From Candidatus Saccharimonadota bacterium (GTDB lineage: Bacteria; Patescibacteriota; Gracilibacteria; UBA1369; 2-02-FULL-48-14), in the NCBI GenBank assembly GCA_016699145.1, contig CP064962.1, positions 1,110,001 to 1,142,000 of the forward strand: a stretch of DNA of 32,000 nt, written 5' to 3'. The translations under genes and the position numbers were made by a program. The notes beneath the pieces were generated by a model. That model worked only from the letters and a program-made list of their open reading frames with translations. It was not told the origin of the DNA and did not search any database. Of the stretch, positions 17,101 through 24,200 are shown piece by piece (positions within the stretch are counted from its first letter, which is position 1; the number at the start of each line of letters is the position of its first letter).

Positions 17101-18235
17101 AAGTGTAACGGAGGCCACTTTGACTCTCTACGATCGTTTTGGAAACGTGGCCAATTATGAGACGTATTCAGTGACTTTAGACAGCAATGAAGTGACCTTG
17201 CTCGACTTGACGGATGAAGACAACGAAACGCCCGGTTACCAAATCCGCATACAAAATGGAACGCAAGCTTTCCGCGTGCTTTCAAGCGTGGAGGCATCGA
17301 CAGGAACAATAATGGCAGCACTCACCGAGCAGCCCGATATTCAAGACAACATTGAATTGAATTCCGTGGAAGGACTGAATGTGAACGTGAGTCTTTCGGC
17401 TCCGTATCTTTTTGCTGGATCAGAAGGGACTCAAGAAGTGCTCATCACTGTGACCGATGCAGAGGGAACGCTGCAAACCGGTTTTCAGGGCGAAGTGAGC
17501 ATGAGCACCAGCGATCCCAATCACGGTCATTTTGATGAACCGACATTTTCTTTGAGTGAAGGCAGTGCCGCCGTGACCCTGACTGCCGGCACCTTGGCCG
17601 GCAACGGAGCAGTGCTGGTAGAAAGCGCGGGTTTGCAAACCGGCAGTGCAAATTTAGAAGTGAAACCCGCCGAGATTTACGAGTTGCGCATTCGAAAAGA
17701 CGACGGAGCGATGCGGGCTCAAGCAGGGGAACTAGAATATTTTTGGGTGGAGGGCTATGACGTGTACGGCAATCGTGTCACCACCGATAGCACAACCACA
17801 GGCACCTTACGGCTCACAGAAGCCAGCGCCGATTATGCCACTCTTTCGAGCGCCATTTTTCAACTGAATCAAGGCGCCGATCGCTTTGGCGTGCAAGTCG
17901 GCGAAGTCAGTGGAAGGCTCAGCATTGTGGCCAGTGCCCCTGCACTTTTGGCGGGAACTTGGGGTGGAAACATTGAATATTTCACAACAGGCGAGGAGCT
18001 GAGTGGCATGCAGCCTCAAATGCTCTATGCCAATGTTTTAGGAGCTCCTTTTGGAAATGTAAATGAAGAAAATTACGTGGCGGGTTGGCTGCTCTTCAAT
18101 GAAAAACTCAAGCCATCAGCAGTTTGGTTTCTGAGCCAAAACCCCATAAACCTTTGGCTTCTGTGGATGCTGAAGGAAACATCACACTGGCCGAAGATGG
18201 ACTGCTCACTCAAGTCGTGGAAGGCGCAGCAATGA
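11180..18235 (+). CDS. Giant secreted/cell-wall-anchored mosaic surface protein, part A (real coding probably ends at the frame break near 18102-18106)
   Basis: The N-terminal signal or anchor is MNPHATPRSTRLIVLAILFTLFASFLPMV. Asp-rich Ca-binding repeats include DDDGDGLVDED, DNDGDGLVDED and DSDGDGYPNGLETVLGTDPAD. Ig-like repeats are present. An SLH triplet begins FTDIDGSHEAYYALATLYLRGIVKGYSDGTFRPDNPITREEF (15895-16450). Four invasin-type Ig-like repeats span 16760-17960. Confidence 0.9.
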   Translation: MNPHATPRSTRLIVLAILFTLFASFLPMVRVTEALSIIGRAQLELSGNPGGGLNEIRSVSPVETRYDLVVILVDEEIWSSSSSGSGFFSFLGTAALNEKIQRYAEDVQSALPWTKSMIVTVSPGDSTVDIQRFLEKLYFEGNAEDSDATRLAGVVAVGQVPLPVVNKNGYRFVSLLPYTDFEEPAYIVDEASQDFVLNTGAQNLQAEVWHGVLVPPLGGQDGVDLLAAYFDKNHAFHSGEEEYIRFDEKVFIADFVTESHTLNSVAYGAYERYTNLWEDLAYYRYTNDLIEEVFTEMQSTVNSGDMLDNDFDGNYDEEASNNMDDDGDGLVDEDLGDGFFGIDNDGDGLVDEDGSADNNNDEDHLTDEDPPGDANADGCAGYCGKDDNGDASDSDGDGYPNGLETVLGTDPADESEPWKSVLTFSNAEPYSFNFSTADEATDYWAAAFTDQFFAGNGLDSSCYSNGAYHPEWDDDEDGFCDEDGSIEMPAGAFCAYNDADCDGTVDEDTQGLQPRALFENLPDLQSKKLLEGLTKKYVELFSEPQGVWNRVVRGTGRYEAQALDSNERALSDYDTPISLISKKDEYTLEYLRAVNDTLESLTNDLVNEELARQIPVIGMMELSGTYTAEEEDSEAQAICTAGEAADLTSDACLQFFNSGSSDGVFDSVDLPHNSMAEYVSSNDADKIYMNGTALTDIDSPAACTLFAGTYEEDGQLSQFNAMYSTDQLDLNVNEVQDYKNCVPEFASYLDEIPELCSVATATEDIRNLGGAISADELAERIGQTPEEAASNWEVGPEACYEFREFTTYSVYLQSNGRFNDWLSKKLRKFQKDSGRDESEYEEFLERVQERREEWGPDTVTLRKHFRELDLISSSTEITYTVTDMMNDVLGYREEWNDDDIDTYLALHDEDTPIVIQNPEYGSGTEDLANITVYLNKAYLREDSESFTLDEEEAEMISSSYYHNEPNSATLNAQAATLASPNLPIDATRRVVFIDEADESQTLNYVNAFDASTVSDVQNQLDILAAAVANVSEGSTHANDVENFMDALNVHQLEDALTWYRLSIDEKHDYVLSHYLGSEEPVISKARNGYEVVSIIADGKADEMVAAFHPVDEQESDLEFIYRDLELAEAALSEDQAPSQPEPLSALSNTTPVNLWEWFPAVETWLGELRNSVNNFGTYGGGAVCGDASDFVQENGDEDGNGIPDGAEATLRLTLSSEDYSVLEAYGLNGDTYVVSVSARQADDSLNALDNNTEILLQVVSGTASAEILGSSILQLSGGVASFSIGGLEPGTFTLQASASNRENVTNSNLLSGTVEEKHLKVSTFIRENADGTVQENHSGQRIEVRNENGEVVAVLNPENGDLELRGVQAKLLEATPNLPTRVSIQDSEGRTYGVFFLIPEVKTVAIGDGYAGVFVETLDSSHEALPTDAGVGLFKDTLQMGLVTDHGQIAVSEGYRLEFENPSEINLYEPLYITNSAGERFFKVSIKHSIQQGSLVEPTGLYENHLSLKHKTWFKRALAALVIPDYDADGLDDLEEWVIGTETNLSDTDEDGYLDGTEIFSGYSPLEEEEKLFTDIDGSHEAYYALATLYLRGIVKGYSDGTFRPDNPITREEFIKIDLGAICKDCDSYESAYEEALMALYNQDPFPDENISSELLACVAEAKTSGIVSGYAGGEEAGFFLPNRQISVAEATKVLVETAGFESRTPTSNEAWYVGYVEAAQEHDLFPTNQALTREWLEGSITRAEFVMMAVNLVEAQDCRAVDNDADYLSDVEETVLYGTNPQNADTDLGGVSDFDEIVRSSDPLNAEDDFPADTSDQEQEDYSAYSSFEHEAGLYSVSSNDAYESITVNAESDSSAPNVYTNTIPADGEATLYVRAEITNLEGSIYVDDNSSIVEFVLSSSEHGRLDSNLIQVQGGVAEAVFNASQNAGELHVSAQVREGALPYEGQTIEVYAGQPTSMNLALESTVLPMGGQSVTEATLTLYDRFGNVANYETYSVTLDSNEVTLLDLTDEDNETPGYQIRIQNGTQAFRVLSSVEASTGTIMAALTEQPDIQDNIELNSVEGLNVNVSLSAPYLFAGSEGTQEVLITVTDAEGTLQTGFQGEVSMSTSDPNHGHFDEPTFSLSEGSAAVTLTAGTLAGNGAVLVESAGLQTGSANLEVKPAEIYELRIRKDDGAMRAQAGELEYFWVEGYDVYGNRVTTDSTTTGTLRLTEASADYATLSSAIFQLNQGADRFGVQVGEVSGRLSIVASAPALLAGTWGGNIEYFTTGEELSGMQPQMLYANVLGAPFGNVNEENYVAGWLLFNEKLKPSAVWFLSQNPINLWLLWMLKETSHWPKMDCSLKSWKAQQ

Positions 18236-21200
18236 CCTTGCCCACGCGCATGCAATGGCGCTCTTTCCCTGACCAAATTTTGCAAGCTGAACTCTTTTTT
18301 GTGCATGGAGAAGCAGCCGTTTATGAGGCCCATTTAGTGGAAGAAAACAATGCCTACAGTCTTTTGGAAGAAGACGGCGTCACTTCGCTTTTGAAAAATT
18401 CAGGCGTGCTAGCAAGAGTGCGTGCCGATGGACAAATCGAACTCCTCGATCCCAGTCTCTACTTGATTGTGAATGCCGCAAATCAAGGCCTGAGCTTGGC
18501 CGTGATGGAGAATGGACAAGCCGTGCTTCAAGTCAATTATGAAAGAGTTTGGGAAGAAGACGTGACTTTGCTGGAAAGCGATCATGACCTCACTGATTGG
18601 TCCAGCTTGAACGCGGGCATTTACATCAAACCCACCGCAGACAATGAGCATGCTTTCGAACCCATTTCTAGCGGCAACAGTTCTTTGAGCCCTCAAGGCT
18701 TGGCCTTGGTGGATCCTACGGAAGAATTGCCCAAAGAAATGCAGGCTTCCCTGGGCTACACTTCTTTAGATCAAGCAGAAGAAGATGGAACTGTGGGTTG
18801 GGAAAAAGAGAATAAAAATCTGCTGCTATTCAGTGCTGGGAACACTGCAGGCGTCTCGAATCTTTTTTATGTTTCGGAAGTCGGAATACTGCTGGGCGAC
18901 CCCACGGTGAGCTTGCCAACCGCCAATGAAGCCAACAGTTTAGGTTTCACCGAAGATGTGGGGACACTGATTTCTGCTTCCCAAGATGAGATTTTAGAGC
19001 TCGTGGATATCGATTACAACGGCGATGGACAAATGGACGTGCTGGTGGCTTACGAAGACGGACGCATTGAAGTTTTGCAAAATCACCAAGCCGCGCAGCG
19101 TTTGCGTTCTCGCGGAACATTGTTGAAAATTGAAAATGGAATCCGTTCCATCGATAAAGGGGACTTCAATGCCGATGGACTAACCGATCTGTTGATCGTC
19201 ACAGAAGAATCTTGCTATGCCGATGAAATGTGCCTTTATGAATACGACAACATTGGCGGTGGTTTTGTAGCTAAAAATTTAAGTTTTTCAGACATTGCAG
19301 CTCAGCCCGAGCAAGTGGAAGTCAGCGATTTGAACAACGATGGTTATGATGATTTGGTTCTGGCCGATGAAAACATGGTTTTGTACACGGTGTGGAACAG
19401 CGCGGGCGGTTTTTATGCGGTGGATGAGATCAAAGATTTTGGACTGCACAGCGACTCCAGCATAGATTTGGCCTCTCAAATGCTCTTGCGCTACAGCGGT
19501 TTGGACAGCGGTTCCGTATCCTTACCCATAACGGTGGATGCTCGTGACACCGGCAATGCTCAATTGGACCGCTTTTTAAATGCTGTGGATACAGCCAGTG
19601 CTTTCACTTTGGAAACCGATGGAGAAAATGGGGGAGGGCTGGAGCAAAAAGCAGACACCCTTTTTGAACATGCCAATGCCGAAGTTTTCAATGATGTGTT
19701 TTCCGTCAGCAAGTCCATGTCCGATGAAAATGGAGGCACAGCTGAAGTAGGGGATGAATTGACCTACACACTCACGCTGCAAAACATTTCAGGAACAACG
19801 CTCAACAACATTTATATTTCAGACACCGTGGATGCGGTCTTCCAATTCAATGCCGAAAGTTTGACCTGCAGCGATTGCAGCGCAGTGAACCTCAGTGAGG
19901 CACAATTTGTCCCCGCAGATGCCACTCGACCTTTTGTGTTTGGCCCCCTCGACCTTGCAAACGGAGCGGATCTAACTTTGACTTATCATGCAGAATTGAT
20001 GCACTTGCCGCAACTTGCTTTGATGGTGGGCAACGATTTATTTGGAGATTATGTGGACGACGACCGGCCCGATATTGGAGTTTCATTGGATGGAAACACC
20101 ACCGGAGAACTGATGGTTTATTACTCCGATGGCAGTTATACAGAAACCTTGGAAGAAGGAATTTTGGGTTCCGATTTAGGAGCCATGACCGTAGAGCATG
20201 TGCATTATGCCGAAAGAAATTATTCGCCCAGCACTTATGCCGAGGAGCATGAAACCGAACGAGCCAGTCCTTTTGAAGATGCCGATGAAGACGGTGTCCC
20301 CGATTTCATGGGTGAAATGGATCCGGAATTGGGCATCCCTGTACCGGACAGCGGTTACGATGCCGTTGCCGAAGTGTTAGGGGGAAGTGATCAAGATGGA
20401 AATGGATATTATTCCAGTCAGGAAATGTTCAGCAGCGACGTGGATGCGGACAACGATGGTCTTTACGATACCATCGATCGATCCAATGCAGGCGAAGGAT
20501 TGATTTTAGATCCGGCCTTGGATTTACTCGTTGGGGAGGGTGCAGAAATCGATGCCGAAGTCGCTCTTTTGGATGAACAAATTTCCGGCCTCACCAATCA
20601 AGTAGAAGAAGTTGTTTCCAGCTTCACTTGCGATGGCGGCTGTTTGGCCTTGCCGGGTAGTGTGGCTTTCTTAGCCAGTGGTACTTTTCACGATCCTTTC
20701 ACGGGAACGCCTTTGGGTTACGACGTCGGTACACCAGTCTTTGGCATCATGCCCAATCCTAGTTATGTGTGCACCGCCACCGCCTGCCAAGCCACCAGCG
20801 TGCTGCGCATTTACATTGCCCCAACCACCACGCTCGGTCTCGGCCTCGGAGTCTGTGTTGCTCCTTACGCCGTGGGTCAATGTTACGCTTTCAATATACC
20901 ACTTTTACAAGCCCTAGGAGTCTGTGATGCCATCAATGGATTCGTAGCGGACTCCCTTTCAAAAGCCAGTGATTTTGTAGAAGAAAATGGAACCGTGGCT
21001 TTGAATGTCCTAGGGTCTTCTGGTGGAACCGTGGCTGCCCCAAGTGGGCTTTCCAGTTCATCGTACGCAAACTACAGTCCGCCCCTTTCCACTCAAACCA
21101 ACATCGACATACCCGGCTTTCCTTCTGTTTTCACAGAATGGTGGAAGGCTCAAAAAATGGAGTTTTTCAAAATGTTGGATTTGCCAGATATCACCTTCAT

Positions 21201-24200
21201 TTATCCTGATCCGAAAAGCCTTTCTTCCGAGTTTGGTGGCATACGTCAAAGGGCCCAAGAAGAATCGGTGAGCTTGGATCAGGCAAGCAATCCCATGGTT
21301 TTGGATCACGAAATCAAGATTCAAGAAATGAGCAGTGGAATTTTAAATTTAGACAAGTGGTTGAACATGGCTCATGCACTTCCGATCATCGATATCCAAA
21401 CCGAAAAAGTCTACATCCACTACCCTGCTTTGACGGAAGAAGAAGTAGAAATTTTTCAAAAAGACATGGGAGAGTGGACGGTTCGTACAAAGAGCAATTT
21501 TGCCATTTTCAAAGAGCAATTTGAATTGCGCCGCTTGGCAGGCGAAGAAATTTCTGCCGCAGAAGAGCAGGCTTATGATGAACTGGTGCTTGCGGTGGAT
21601 GAGGCCATTACGGCGGTGGAGAGCAACATGGCCATTTTAGAGTCTTATAAAGACATCCCTGAGCAAATTTTGGAAATCCGAACTATGCAAGCGCAGTATG
21701 CCAAAGTCATTGTTTGTTATTTGGACGCCATCTTGGATTACACGGCTGGATATTTAAGTGAAAATTTACAACGAGTGGAAGCGTGGGCTCAATTCGTAGT
21801 CGATCTGCGCGACGTGGTGGATGGATGGCAAGTGCTCATCGATTTGTCCGCGGATTTCATGGACTCTTGTGATAAATGCACAAATCAACGCTACAGCGGT
21901 TTACAATTGCTCTTCAGCCTCTTCGTTTTCATGCCGGAATTTCCGGTGGTGGAATTGCCTAAACTCCCCGACATCGTCATCGATGTGTCTCATATTCAAG
22001 CGGGAGTAGACATCCTTTGGCCCGACATTGAATTTGTCCCGGAACGCATTGACATCCCTGAATTGCCCGAATTGGTTTTCCCCTCGGCACGATTCAACTT
22101 AGACACGGAACTGGACATCGATTTGGATATCCCGACTCTGCCCGAATTCCAATTGAATTTTGAGTTGCCACAACTTCCTGCGTTGACTTTGCCTGAGCTG
22201 CCTTCGCTGCCCCCGCCCCCCAGCATTCCAGAATTGGATCCCACTTTAAAAGCCTCTCTCGAAGTTGCCAGCAATGTTTTGAAACTGGTGTGCATCATCC
22301 GTTCAGGTTTTATTCCTACGCCAGAAAGCCAACTCAAAGCCCGCATTGAAGAAATCACAGAGCGTCCCGGTGGCACCTTTGTGGCCGCAGATTTTGCAAG
22401 CACCGTGGAATGGCCTGCCTTCAACTATGACTTTTTGAAACGCATCGAAATCAATACCTATTTGAATTTGAATGCCGACTTCACTCCTCTCTTCGATGTG
22501 ATGGAACATTTGGGGGCTCAAACCGAAGAATTGAGTGAAAACACGGCAGAAGGAATTTCGGGTCCTTTACAAGATTTGGCCAATGAAATTCAAGAGGCAC
22601 TCACAGGTGCCGGTGAAAACACCAGCATCGATATCGATGCAGAATTGAATGTGGATTTGGAAAGCTATGTGCATCCGGCGGTTCAAACGGCTGAACTTTA
22701 TAAAGACGATCCTTTGGTGCAACAAAATTTAATAGCCTTGCAGCAAGTCATGCATTCCTTACAAAGCCAAATCGATGCTTGGGCCAAAGATTTGCCAGAA
22801 GAAGTGCGCTTGGAGGCTACCGATCGACTTTTGGCCTTGGATGATCCATTGCTGAATCGTTACGACGAAATCGCAAAAGAAAATCCCAACTTAGACCCTG
22901 AATTTTTAGCCAGCATTCAAGAAACGCCACTCGTAGGTGTATTGAATTTGAAGAATTCTCTTTTGGCGCATGTTCAAAATCTGGATGCAGAAAACACCCG
23001 CCTATTGGTCATGGACGATGAAAATTTCTTCCGAACTTTGGCTGCCGAATCGTCTTCCTCTCATTTTGAACTCGCAGCGACTCAAGAAGAAGGATACAGC
23101 ACGGCAGCTGAATGGAATTTAAACGCTCTTAAAAAAACCTCCTTGGATGAAGTAGAATTGAGCACCGAAAGCGGAGCACCCGAAATAGAATCCTTGGATT
23201 TGGAAGTGCAAAATCAGGCCTTCAATACGGGGCTTTACATTTACAATGCAGAAGCAGATGTGAGCACTCGCCTCACGGCCTATGCAGCCGAAACCGACGA
23301 GACCACTCATATTTTGTTCATGGACGTGGATCAAGATGGCGATGAAGATGTGATTTATTCATTGGGAGGCGATGTCTACATCAAAGAAAATCACAACGAA
23401 AGTCCCCGTTTGCAGTACGTGAGCACCGATCCTTCGGAAGTAACGCTTTCCGAAGAATTGCCCGCAGCCGGCTCCATGCAAAAATTTGAGGAAAAGAAAA
23501 ACACTCATGGAGAAAGCAGTTTTGCGTTTGGAGCTTCCTATGAAGCAGTGGGTTATGAGTTCACCATGTACGATTCCCTCGACGCTCAAGAGGCAGCTCC
23601 CAATGAAAATGTGAAACGTTTGCTTCTTTTATCGGAGGAAGAAAATCTCAAAGGAGTTTGGTCATCGGAAGGAGATTTTACTGCAGAAACTTCTGGGAAC
23701 CCCGCCATGCCCAGCGTTGCAATGAGTCGATTGGTTGCCACTGCAGTGAGTGGCAATGTGCAGCTTAAAAACGGAGCCGCACGCACTTTCATTCACGACA
23801 ATGCCGAATGGGAAACGAGTGAACCCGTGCTGCTGCAAACCGTGAGTCCGGCGGTCTTGGAGCTGACTTACGAAGAAAGTGAAGCTCGTTTGGAAGTCCC
23901 AGCCTACACGGTTTTGAGTTTTGGAAATGATGTGGGGCGGCGCATACGTTTAGAAAGTGGAGAAGCTTATATGATTGATCCAGACACATTTCTGACAGAA
24001 CAAGATTTAGAGGAAGGCATGATGATTTTTGCTGGAGAAATAGTGGATTTAGAAACGTCAAACGCCGAGGCAACACTGTCGACTACGGAAGGAGGAGTCT
24101 TCCATTTGGATGAGGAAGAAGTCTTTGTGATGGATCGTTTACTCAGTCCAGAAAGCCCTTCTGCACAAGTTCAGCTTGAAAATGGAGCGTACTACACGGT

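Noticed and set aside
18097-18110. Programmed ribosomal frameshift in the giant gene
   Set aside because: AAT GAA AAA CTC lacks an X XXY YYZ heptamer in the zero frame, and I see no obvious downstream stem-loop or pseudoknot. A simple one-base homopolymer indel explains it more economically. Only read data can settle it.
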